The translations under genes and the position numbers were made by a program. A DNA stretch of 64,000 bases. Source: Macrostomum hystrix. Taxonomy: Eukaryota > Animalia > Platyhelminthes. Positions 40,498-52,000 of the stretch are shown piece after piece. The notes under the pieces are model-generated. The model searched no databases. It was not told the DNA's origin and saw only the letters and a list, made by a program, of their open reading frames with translations. Positions within the stretch are counted from its first letter, which is position 1. The number at the start of each line of letters is the position of its first letter. The stretch is taken from assembly GCA_950097015.1 (NCBI GenBank), contig CATNEN010000010.1, positions 124,001 to 188,000 of the forward strand. The letters run 5' to 3'.

Positions 40498-41427
40498 TGT
40501 GATGAGTATGATGAGATGAGAACGTGTGATGAGAACGTGTCTGTGCACAAGTTTGTACACCCGTCTAGGTGTGCATGCTATAGCGTTCTCTCTCTCTCAC
40601 ATGCTACCATATTATGTAATCGCGTCTGGCTCTGCGTGTGCTACTTATATATCGGCTGAAGCCAAATAGAATGGTTGGAGCTTTGCTCTCGTCCGCGCTC
40701 ATCACATGGCATCGCAAGCTACAGTAATTTAATAGTTCATGGACCTGAAACCGCCCGGAGAGTTGGAGACCAACTCCAACGAGACTTGGAAACGATGGCG
40801 TCAGAAATTCATGATCTACCTCAGGGCCACAGGCATTGTTGAAGAAGAGCGCCGAATCAATTTGTTCCTGCACCTCATCGGTGACACCGGGCTGGACATC
40901 TACAACACTAGAATTTGAAGACGGTGAAGATGAGGAAAAAAGCACCGCTGATAAACGCCGAACTCTAGAAGATGTTTCTAGAGTCGAACTTCGACGCAGA
41001 AAAATTATGCCCAGATTGAGAAGGAGACGCTGGCTGTCGTGATTGCTTGCAAAAAGTTTCATGACCTAAGTCTATGGCCTACCAGTGGCTCGAGTCACGA
41101 CTGATCACAAGCCGCTGGAGATAATTTTCAAACGAGATTTGGTTCACGCCCCACCGAGAATTGCTCGAATGCTGTACCAGCTCAAAAGGTACAATCTGAA
41201 GGTCTCGTGGTCACCAGGATCCAAGATGCAGATTGCCGACACGTTGTCAAGAGCGTACTTGCCAGAGACCGAGGCAGCTTTGGATGATAAAATCGAGGTG
41301 GAGGTCCACCAGCTGTGCAGGAGTCTTACCGATATCTGCCGCTCGGATGCAAGAAATTCATGACGAGACTAGCAAGGATCGCGATTTGTCTCTTGTGGCA
41401 CAAGAGCAGAACTCCGCGCTCATCACA
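40498..41427 (+). mobile_element. Internally deleted Ty3/gypsy LTR retrotransposon (~0.9 kb) with 5-bp TSD GAACG
   Basis: 5' LTR TGTGATGAG...CTCATCACA (40498 or 40525 to 40706), then TGG PBS-like site; gag N-terminus (WKRWRQKFMIYLRATG...LHLIGDTGLDIYNT); RNase H (NYAQIEKETLAVV; TDHKPL...IADTLSR); only the last 15 bp of the 3' LTR; GAACG on both flanks. Confidence 0.85.
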
Positions 41428-42283
41428 GAACGGACCTAAAATTTACGATCGTCTGCATGAACTAACTGCAATCTAGCCTATAGCTGAAGGTCATTGCAGG
41501 CAAAAAATGTTGTCCGATATGAATTAAGGTCACGAAATGGCTGCACTAGCAAATCCAATCAATGATAAAAACGATAATTTTCCTACTTGCTTTTACTTTC
41601 GCCCTGAATTTCAGGTCTCTTCTTTGGGCCTGTAGTTAAAAAAGTTCTTTTACGAGATAAGTTTTTTGACACATTTAGCTGCAGTGCTGCAGAACTATTA
41701 ATAGCTCGTATATACTTCAATGGCCCTTTGTAAATCTGTTCCACAAGCGGAACCGATCGGTCGGAGACGTCAGCTGTTGAATGTTTTATTCTCGGTCGCA
41801 GCATTAAAGGTGCCGAATTGCAAGTGTGGCTGCATGTAATCCCAGTCCAGCAGATCTCTGGAGCACGTTCTGCTTCAGTCACGAAGCCAGCTGAAGTCAG
41901 CTATAAAATCTCATCCCATCAGCTGAAATCCTCAATAGGCTCAATCCACACATTTGAGACGAGCTTGCACCGCAGTTTTATGGGCATTGCTAAAAGCACT
42001 GCAGGCTCTCCCCAGAATAACAAATGAACTAATTCTGCGAAACTGCAATGGTTCAGCAGATAAAGGAACATAATTTTAATGTTGCTCGATGTAAAATCCT
42101 ATAAAATCATTCATCTCTCCGCTGAGATGGCCGAAAGCGCCCAGCAGCTGGGGTTAGTTTTCATGTCCAGGTTTGACGTCCTATCGACCTGCACCAACCA
42201 ACCGCGTGTATTTCATTATTTATCAATTCGCGATAAACCCGAGCAGCATGTACCCTCCCCGAAATTCCACAATCTAACTCTAC

Positions 42284-43020
42284 AACAAGTGAACTAATGG
42301 GCTGACAGACAAGTGAACTAATGGGCTGACAGACAAGTGAACTAATGTACTGACAGACAAGTGAACTAATGGACTGACAGACAAGTGAACTAATGTACTG
42401 ACAGACAAGTGAACTAATGGGCTGACAGACAAGTGAACTAATGGGCTGACAGACTGACAGACAAGTGAACTAATGGGCTGACAGACTGACAGACAAGTGA
42501 ACTAATGGGCTGACAGACAAGTGAACTAATGGACTGATAGACAAGTGAACTAATGGACTGACAGACAAGTGAACTAATGAACTGACAGACAAGTGAACTA
42601 ATGGACTGACAGACAAGTGAACTAATGAACTGACAGACAAGTGAACTAATGGACTGACAGACAAGTGAACTAATGGGCTGACAGACAAGTGAACTAATAG
42701 GCTGACAGACAAGTGAACTAATGGGCTGACAGACAAGTGAACTAATGGGCTGACAGACAAGTGAACTAATGGGCTGACAGACAAGTGAACTAATGGACTG
42801 ACAGACAAGTGAACTAATGGGCTGACAGACTGACAGACAAGTGAACTAATGGGCTGACAGACTGACAGACAAGTGAACTAATGGGCTGACAGACAAGTGA
42901 ACTAATGGGCTGACAGACAAGTGAACTAATGGACTGACAGACAAGTGAACTAATGGGCTGACAGACAAGTGAACTAATGGGCTGACAGACTGACAGACAA
43001 GTGAACTAATGGGCTGACAG
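42284..43020. repeat. 24-bp minisatellite (TGACAGACAAGTGAACTAATGGGC), ~29 copies, some units with an 8-bp insertion
   Basis: Visible; gives the VSPLVHLS repeat on the minus strand. Confidence 0.95.
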
Positions 43021-43529
43021 ATGTCCGCCGCAGCACAATTTTTTCAGCCAAGCGTCCTGTGAAAGCAGCCTCTTGTCTGCTGCTTTGAGAAGCAAAAAAA
43101 TAAATAAGGTAGGTAAAACCACGGAAATGACCAACAAAGAACATTAGCGGAGCAGCCTGATGGCAATGGCGGCCGCATTCATGCCTGCCACTACACTCGC
43201 AGGCCAGCCCGGGGGTAGCCAAGAAAGCCGATAGCCCCAACCGCTAAGAAAAGTGAAATTTCCGGTTGGCCGTGCAGTTCAAACACGGCCCGACCGGGCT
43301 GCATAAACAGAGCTGGGCCGCCCACCCCTGGAACCATTTCTGCAAGAGTGCAGCGGACTGGCTGACAGCAGATTTCATTCGATCCGGTTTTATCGGTGCA
43401 GCAGTCCCGATTCCATTTTACAGGTTCGGGGTCTGCTTCCATCTGACTCTTGTTGCTGCAATGAGGCAAATCTGCAACAATTCCCAGCGCAGTGACTCTG
43501 GGAGCATGCGGGTTTCGGAGGATGAAGGA

Positions 43530-44110
43530 TTGAAGGATGGATTTAGGAGTTGAAGTATGGGTTTAGGAGATGAAGGATGGGTTTAGGAGATGAAGGATGG
43601 GTTTAGGAGATGAAGGATGGGTTTAGGAGATGAAGGATGGGTTTAGGAGATGAAGGATGGGTTTAGGAGATGAAGGATGGGTTTAGGAGATGAAGGATGG
43701 GTTTAGGAGATGAAGGATGGGTTTAGGAGAGGAAGGATGGGTTTAGGAGATGAAGGATGGGTTTAGGAGGTGAAGTATGGGTTTAGGAGATGAAGTATGG
43801 GTTTAGGAGATGAAGTATGGGTTTAGGAGATGAAGTATGAGTTTAGGAGATGAAGGATGGGTTTAGGAGATGAAGGATGGGTTTAGGAGGTGAAGGATGG
43901 GCTTAGGAGATGAAGGATGGGTTTAGGAGGTGAAGGATGGGTTTAGGAGATGAAGGATGGGTTTAGGAGATGAAGTATGGGTTTAGGAGGTGAAGGATGG
44001 GTTTAGGAGATGAAGGATGGGTTTAGGAGGTGAAGGATGGGTTTAGGAGTTAAAGGATGGGTTTAGGAGATGAAGTATGGGTTTAGGAGATGAAGTATGG
44101 GTTTAGGAGT
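43530..44110. repeat. 20-bp minisatellite (GTTTAGGAGATGAAGGATGG), ~28 copies
   Basis: Visible period 20. Confidence 0.95.
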
Positions 44111-44670
44111 AAGTAAATTGGTTTAGGTGTAGGTGGGTGGGTTTAGTAGTGGGTAGATAGGAGGCTGCGACATTCGAAAGTGGAGTTATTAGGACAATGA
44201 TATGCTATTATGTCACAGGGCTGATAGCAGTCAAGTACGGCTCGTACATTGTTCAAAATGAGCTATTGAGAAAAGCGGCTGAATTTCCTGTCTGTTGTCT
44301 GAGTCGGTGCTCAGGTCACGGCTGTCCTGTCGAGTCACGGATGGTCACTAATTATCAGCCAGCATTGAAATGTCACGGACTGACGGGGCAGCGAGCGGTC
44401 GGCTCGCCCGCAGCACGCGGCACATCCGGCCCGACAAACCCGCGGAGGCAGCTTCATTAAGAAAAGACCAGCAAAGAGCTGGAAGGTCGCCGCTCTGTTC
44501 AACTTCTCAAATTTCTTGCCTTCCAGCCCCGGATGGTTGGGGTCGAATGTCTGAGAAATGAAACGACTTCGTGGGTAATTAAGCAGTGCAGCTCTTCTAC
44601 CTGTGTGTCAGGTGGCGATGTGCCGCTGAGCTCCAGTCGTACAGTGGAGACAAGCTTCAGTGCACAGAGA

Positions 44671-45100
44671 CAGCAGTCATCTGACACAGCAGTCATCTGA
44701 CACAGCAGTCATCTGACACAGCAGTCATCTGACACAGCAGTCATCTGACACAGCAGTCATCTGACACAGCAGTCATCTGACACAGCAGTCATCTGACACA
44801 GCAGTCATCTGACACAGCAGTCATCTGACACAGCAGTCATCTGACACAGCAGTCATCTGACACAGCAGTCATCTGACACAGCAGTCATCTGACACAGCAG
44901 TCATCTGACACAGCAGTCATCTGACACAGCAGTCATCTGACACAGCAGTCATCTGACACAGCAGTCATCTGACACAGCAGTCATCTGACACAGCAGTCAT
45001 CTGACACAGCAGTCATCTGACACAGCAGTCATCTGACACAGCAGTCATCTGACACAGCAGTCATCTGACACAGCAGTCATCTGACACAGCAGTCATCTGA
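44671..45100. repeat. Essentially perfect 16-bp array (CAGCAGTCATCTGACA), ~27 copies
   Basis: No variant units seen; the unit contains the short inverted pair GTCA-TC-TGAC. Confidence 0.96.
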
Positions 45101-45273
45101 TCCATCCAGTCAAATCCCAGCTGACATGCGAAGTCGACGTCTGTTAAGTGGGGGAGTGAGCTCTTATGTCTGTGTCATACACGCGAGAATGCTTGTGAGG
45201 ATGCGGGGTGGCAGAACTCGCGCATAACTCTGCTTCTAACAATGTTTACTGATGGGAGTGAAAGTCAATCACC

Positions 45274-45274
<1 letters not shown>

Positions 45275-45363
<89 letters not shown>
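45275..45363. repeat. (CTG)29 microsatellite
   Basis: Uninterrupted CTG run. Confidence 0.97.
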
Positions 45364-45364
<1 letters not shown>

Positions 45365-46134
45365 GCATTCCAGTCTCAGAGGGGAACTGCAATCTGCTCT
45401 GCTAAACTGCAACCCGAGACGTGGCAGGCAGGAGGCCTTAAGATCAGAGTGCGGGAGCAGCGGGTTCAGGCAGGGGGGCAGCGGGATCAGCACACAAAAA
45501 GCCGTGACCCGCGGCGGACCGGTGCGCATTTCAGCTTTTTAATTTTGTCCTCAGAGGTGAAATTTTTTATCAGATTAGAGGGGCTCAGACTAGCGGCCAC
45601 GGCTCTCCCAGCTCTCTTTCCCCAGGCAGTTCAGTGAGGGCTGCTCTTGGCTCGGGTGTTCCCGCCTTCTCTCCCTCTTCCTGGAGTTCTGAGCAATGTC
45701 ACGCGTTCAAAAAAGTCAAACTTGCGGCAGAGGCAAGCAGCATGGAGATGCCAGATTGAAAGCCAATGTGAGTCAGGGCCCCGCCCCAGGGAGCCAGTAC
45801 AGAGATGCAATTGTGCTTTTATTCTTGATCAAGGAAACTACGGAAGTCAGTGAATTTCCTGTAAAATTCGCGACAATGCTGGGTAGGGTAGCAACAGAAA
45901 ATGCTCATGCCGATTATAACGAATTCTCTATTATTTTATATTAAATACGAGCGTGTGTTTGAATTTTATCCCTTCGATAGCTCTAAATGACATTAAATGT
46001 TCTGGGACAAACAAAAGTACAAATCAAACGCGTATCTATAAATCAGACACTTGACCTGTGACCTGTGAGAATTTTCGCCATGAGGGGCTGATACTTGAAT
46101 CAAAAGACCAAAATATTTTGTCAGGTGACCCGGG

Positions 46135-47523
46135 TCAGACTGCTTCGTCGGCCATCGGCGACATCTGGCGCCTGGCGCGTTGCCTGCAGGCCGCCTGCCG
46201 CTGTGCTGGTCGCGGCTGGCGCCGCAACAACCTCCAGCAGCAGCAGCAGCAGCTGGCGCAGCACACATGCTTGAACTCTGGCAAGAAGGCGATCAGCACC
46301 AGGACGGTGCAGATGAAGTCGAGCAGCAGGCTGACCTCGCAGACGCCTTGGAAGGCCTTGCCGAATGCGCTGGTTATTTCGAAGCTTGGGTAGAAGTTCT
46401 GCAGCGCGGTGCCAACGAAGGAAGGCAGGTGAAGCACGGAGAAGACCAGCGCCATGCAGAGGACGGTGCGGCTGGCGCAGAGCTTGTTGTTCCGCATCCG
46501 GGTTGTCTGCACTAAATTGTGTTGCGGCTCCTGCAGCTGCTGCTGCTGGTCCTGCCGAAACCTCGGCTGCCGAGGCGGTTGCCGTCGCTGATGCTGTTGC
46601 AGCTGCCCCTGCGGACTGTCGTGGCTATTGCTAAACATCTTGACGACCATGACTATGGTAAAGAATACGACGAGCACAATCGGAACGTTGGTCTGGTAGA
46701 GGAAATAAGCGCCGACCTCAAACGTGGTGAACCAGCCGCTGCTCAAGAAGGTGTACGTCTGCGAGACGTCCTCGCTTGCGGCACCACCCGCTGCCGTCTC
46801 CATCTCCTCGCGCGGCCACGCAGTTGTTGTCGAGGCCGCTGTTGCTGCTAGCGCATCCTGTTTCTTCCAGTTGGAGGCCTGGCCTCCGGACACCGGCAGT
46901 CCAACGTGGCCGATCACCCGACCGGCTGCGGTGTCTTCGCAGATGACGAACACCTCGGCCAGAGACCTGGTGGCAGCCAGCACCAGAGCAGTGAGCCAGG
47001 CCAAGCCCAGTCCGAGCAGGAAGTTTCGCGGTCTGAGCAGTTTCTGGCCCCGCAGCGGACAGGCCAAAGCCTCCGCCCGCTGGGCCGTGATCAGCACGTA
47101 GCACCAGTTGCGCAGGCCCAGAAAACTGTCGCCCAGGCAGCACACAATGGCCGCCAGCAGAACCCTGGAGTGCTTGTCCGGCTGGGACCAGTACAGACAG
47201 GCCCCGCTAGCCAGATTGACAAAGTCTAAGGTGGCGCACAGCAGGTACAGGCACTGGCAGGCGCTCAGCGCAGCCAGGGAGAAGCGGAATGCGTTGCGCC
47301 TGTGTCGGCGCGAGCGCAGGACCTGCAAGGCGGTCATGCTGAGCAGCAGAGCCATCAGGGAGGCCGGCAGCAGCGCGTAGGACATCAGCACGTCGGTGGA
47401 ATCGCAGGATTTGCTGACCAGGCGGAGCAGATCGCCGCCGCTGCGGTTGAACATTGCACGGATCGGGCCGCACTCGCTGTCGTTCAGCTGGTAACGCCGC
47501 CTGATGAAGGCGCCCTCAAACAT
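46135..47523 (-). CDS. Intronless divergent class A (rhodopsin-like) GPCR, peptide-receptor-like, 462 aa
   Basis: Seven hydrophobic segments; TM3 end NWCYVLITAQRAEALACPL (DRY-region variant), TM6 VFSVLHLP, Q-rich ICL3, Cys-rich C-tail. Confidence 0.85.
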   Translation of the reverse strand: MFEGAFIRRRYQLNDSECGPIRAMFNRSGGDLLRLVSKSCDSTDVLMSYALLPASLMALLLSMTALQVLRSRRHRRNAFRFSLAALSACQCLYLLCATLDFVNLASGACLYWSQPDKHSRVLLAAIVCCLGDSFLGLRNWCYVLITAQRAEALACPLRGQKLLRPRNFLLGLGLAWLTALVLAATRSLAEVFVICEDTAAGRVIGHVGLPVSGGQASNWKKQDALAATAASTTTAWPREEMETAAGGAASEDVSQTYTFLSSGWFTTFEVGAYFLYQTNVPIVLVVFFTIVMVVKMFSNSHDSPQGQLQQHQRRQPPRQPRFRQDQQQQLQEPQHNLVQTTRMRNNKLCASRTVLCMALVFSVLHLPSFVGTALQNFYPSFEITSAFGKAFQGVCEVSLLLDFICTVLVLIAFLPEFKHVCCASCCCCCWRLLRRQPRPAQRQAACRQRARRQMSPMADEAV

Positions 47524-49029
47524 GACGGCTGTGCGGTGAGCCTACAGGAGGGGACGGAGCACTGAATCGAATATTCAGAAAGGCAAAAGCTATTAGTTTG
47601 CGGCTGTCTACCGCAAAGCGTTTGCCTTTCTCTCAATTTCCTCTGCGTCTGCTTCTCTATCGCTACCCTCAGATACTAGCTCTCCTGGGCCTCTTTGACG
47701 GAGAGTCTTAACTGTCCCGAGGCGCAACTCCTATTGGCCTTCAGCATCTCGCCCAGTGGCCGTCCAACTCCCGATTTACCCTCCCCTGTGCTTCCTCACA
47801 GCAGTTGCCGCGGGCCGTGAGGTACCTGCCACAACTGACCCCCACCTCCGTTGCCTTTAGACCACTGGCTTGGGACGGCCCTCACGCCCTTTGTTTCCGG
47901 GCATCGATTGGTTCGCAAGTGCCGTAGCTTTATCGAATTCTGCCCTCGCTGCGAGATCAAATTATGCACGCTGATGACTCCCACAAATTCCAACCCGGAC
48001 CCTGACGGCTGACCCCATTCATTAGCATTCCCGTTGTCCGTTATTGCGAACACAGGTGTGGATGTATTAGAGGATTGCTGCACTCGATCATTTCAATGCC
48101 TCTGTTCACCTTATTTCGATACCTGATGTCGAAATTCAAGGTGCAGGTCTGTTTTTCTTCTACTTGACAAGATCGCTTGGTCTTCAGCACAACAAATCAA
48201 ACAAATGCCAGAATATTTCCATGAGATTTCAATCTTAGTTTTCAAATTAGAGATCGGTGCAAGACTTTCGCAAGTTTGAGCTCGCCCCGCTTCGGAGAGC
48301 TCATCTGGCAGTCTCGCCGCGAGCTTTCCAGCCTGAAGACGTCATCTTGAGCACTGGTTTGAACAATTTTCTTCATTGATTTGGACCGAAATGGCCCGCA
48401 GGAACCCAAGTCCCTCATAAAACTTAGTCCAGTCTCAAAGCCTCCTGGCTCCATCTCTAGAGGCACTCCAATTTACTTAACCGGCGGCTCTGGCAAGACC
48501 ATTTTCTACCGAGAACGCCCAGCTCAGATGTATTTTCTCGGAAAAGCTGTTGCACGCTAGCGAGTGCAAAATTTTTATCTAAGATACTATTTGAGCCTGC
48601 GTTGGAGACAATGCTGAGAACTATCCACCCCAAACACCACCAGGTAGACACCTAAGGCTGAAAGAATGCTTCAGAGACAGGTGCGGGCTCTGTGTACACT
48701 GCCGTGCTCTCTCTGCTCGGACACAGTTGCCCACTGCAGGCTGCGAGCAGCTTATGGCTCTGAGCAACAGCGAAGACAGAATGGAAAGAATAGCGGGCCC
48801 ACGGCTGGCAGCTGAGCAGCGTTGCCATGCCAGCCAAGAGTCTGCATCGCCAAGCGCACCCGCCCCACCGTTGGCCTCCTCTTTAAGCTGCTAGAAATGC
48901 GCATCGGTGCTCGGCAAGCAAACCTGGGTAGCTGGGTGCACACTTCGCACAACAGCCGTTGCGGTGGATTGTTTTCTGTTTTGTGTTTGTTAAAGCCGCT
49001 ACGTCCCTCGCCGCACTTGCCTACAGAGG

Positions 49030-52000
49030 ATGGCAAGCCGGAGACTCAGACGCGAGGTTCGCATCTTCCTGTTCGCCAACGAGGGCGGTGAGTCGGTTTT
49101 CTAAACTGTTCTTGATGTTTTTATCTTTACTGTTTAAAAAAAAAGTGAAACTCGGTTGAATAATCCTCGGTTGATTTTGTTTCCCCAGAAACTGAACGTT
49201 GTAAACCTGATCCTGTCACATAACCCGCTGAAAATCCCACTGTCTCAAAAAATACAGAATTTGAAGTCGAGAAGTCCATCCTGCATAACGTGGTCACTCC
49301 GCAGCTCAGGAAGTTCTGCATCGAAACATTCTCCACTGACTTTCTGGTAAGAAGCGCGATCATAATCTAGCAAGTATGCACTAATATCATGATCATTCCG
49401 TTTTAAAGTGAACTTTCCCTAATCCTTATTGGACAGCTGATTGATCCGCTGCAAAACTCACCCGGAGTGAAGCTGCCCAAGCGGTCCGTTCAGGACTGGA
49501 TTCGCGACAGCGACGCCTGCTTCGAGACCAGTGACGGGCCCAGCGCACTGGTGAGCCATCGGATTCTTGCTGCTCGTGGAAACTCAACCGAAGCCCCGTC
49601 TGCATGTCTAATAGCATTGTTCAGTTTATTAGCTTCCACACCGCGCCATCTCGTAGGTGCTCATTGGTGAGAAACTCGGCGGTTCAAAGCTACCGCCCCA
49701 GCTGACGGAGCAGGAATTCAACGCCTTCCTCAATGGTCTAAAGAAGAAGAACGACCCGCTGTGGACCAGCTTTCAGAAGCTTTATGCCAAGCAGTCCGAC
49801 CTGAGCATGAAGCTGCAGGCCGTGGCTCCAGACCTGGCCGAGAGCTTGCGCCAGCGACTGCCGCAAGTTGCCAGCGAGGCGGTTAGCGATGGGACGCTGA
49901 GCCAGGACCAGGCGGACGCGCTCTTCGTCCCACGTAAGCTCTAGGCGAAGCATTATAATACGAGTACGAGAAAACCAGCCTTGCGCTACAAGGGAATTCG
50001 CTTTGTGACATTTATACGAGCTAGATATTAGCGATTGTCGCTCAAAGAGCAAAGCTGAGCTAGAACAATAGCGAGGCAATAAATGAATGGCTAACTGCGA
50101 GTCTTCAGCGGATGGCCTACTCGACTGAAAGCGAAGTCAGCTGCCTCTCTCATTGACTGACAAGCTGAAAATGGCATTGCACTGTGGAATAGTGCGTTCG
50201 CCCTCTCTTTGATCTTTTGCAGCTTGTTTCGGGGGTCGGAGACTTTTGCCGTTCCTCAGTGTGAGACATTTTTACAAAGAAAGCTGCGAAACTTCGGAGA
50301 CCGCAGCTTATCAACCCGTTTGAATTTAGTTTTTGGGTTTGAGAACCCAATAGATTAATCAAATGGTTTGCGCAGCAAAATGTAAAAGCTGCAAAAGGAA
50401 AAGCAAAATTTCCTCGACAGAATTTAGCATGTTTAGAATTTCGCATGTTTAGAATTTAGCATGTTTAGAATTTAGCATGTTTAGAATTTAGCATGTTTAG
50501 AATTTAGCATGTTTAGAATTTAGCATGTTTAGAATTTAGCATGTTTAGAATTTAGCATGTTTAGAATTTAGCATGTTTAGAATTTAGCATGTTTGGAATT
50601 TAGCATGTTTAGAATTTAGCATGTTTAGAATTTAGCATGTTTAGAATTTAGCATGTTTAGAATTTAGCATTTAGCAATAAAATAAAAAATGAAGAACAAA
50701 AATCTGCCTTGCATTGCAGTGGTCGAGCACTACCTGAAGTACCTAAAGGCGAGCAAGAAGCCGACCGAGCAGTGCATCGCCTTTGCTCGAGTATTGAAGG
50801 ACGTCCGAGAGTGGGGTGCAACTGAGGACAACGAGTTGAAAGAGCAGTTTCTCGACCTAGATGCATTCGGACGATTCAACCAGTCTAGCAACGAGAAGGT
50901 GCAGCAGCTTCGAGAGGAGTTCCTCCAGCGCCTGCCAAAGGAGCACTATGTCCGCTTCTCCATCTCGTCTGCGATGCTCTCTGAGTACAAGCTCGTGCAG
51001 AGGAACAAATCGAATGTTGTCAGCAAGCTGGCTGAGACTTCACTAGCCAGCAAGGACATGAAGGCCACAACTTACCTGACTATTTTCGCCAAGCAGACCT
51101 TTGAAAAGTTGAAGAACCACGTGATGAAGTTTTGCGGCCGGCGCGAATTTCTGGCCCTACCGCTGCCCAAAGAAATTGAAACTCACGACGCCATCTTGGC
51201 AGTACAGCGGCCTCGAGCACCTGTCTTCAGCCGTGACCGCGAGCTCAAAATCTTACAGAACTACGTGAATTCAAAATCCCAGCTACCTGGACTTCTCTAT
51301 GGCGATCACGGCTCAGGCAAGACAGCCATTATAAAGCAGCTGATTGACCAGGTCTTAGATGACAATCTTGTCATCATCAAACGAAGCTGCGGTCGCACAA
51401 CGTTATCGAGCACGCTGCAGCAGATAATCGCGAACATTACGCAGGAGATCTACTTCCATGCAAGGAAGCAGTTTTCACCGAGCTGCGAATACGCTCAGGT
51501 GGTGTACGACTTTACTCGAGCGCTGCAACTCCCCGGATTCAAGAAGCCGCTGTTGATCGTGCTAGATGACATTGACCTGCTTTATCCCCAGAGCCACACG
51601 GAGCTGTTCCGTTGGCTGCCCCATCGACTGCCTGCTAATGTGAAAGTGCTCGTGACTGCTGGAAGTGAGAGTTTCATCACGAACTTTAAGCGACGCTTTG
51701 ACGACAGCAGCTCGCTGACGCTGACCGGCATCGCTCCTTCATTGGTCATCAAGGAATTTCCAAGCATTCTAGCCACAAAAGGGAAAACCATCGGTGACAA
51801 GAACCGCGAGCTGGCGAACTCTCTGCTGCAGAACAACTCCTACCCACTTTTCTCCATCATTTTGGCCGACGTTCTGCCCTGTCGTGAGGACAAGCTTCCA
51901 GACAGAGTGAAACTTATCTTCATGAAGCGGCTGGAGCAGCTGGAGCAGAAGCATGGCCTATGGGTTGTGAAGAGCATCCTTTCCTACATCAGCTGCTCGC

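Noticed and set aside
43530-44110. TTTAGG-containing array as interstitial telomere
   Set aside because: TTTAGG is only part of a 20-bp unit; no tandem TTAGGG tract.
45242-45637. Poly-Leu, poly-Cys or poly-Gln proteins from (CTG)29
   Set aside because: All frames are open because of the repeat; flanks lack coding signal or splice support.
47560-48930. Short ORFs between the GPCR and the NWD-like gene
   Set aside because: No recognisable motifs; a possible exon near 48835-48928 joins the NWD-like start out of frame, so at most 5' UTR.
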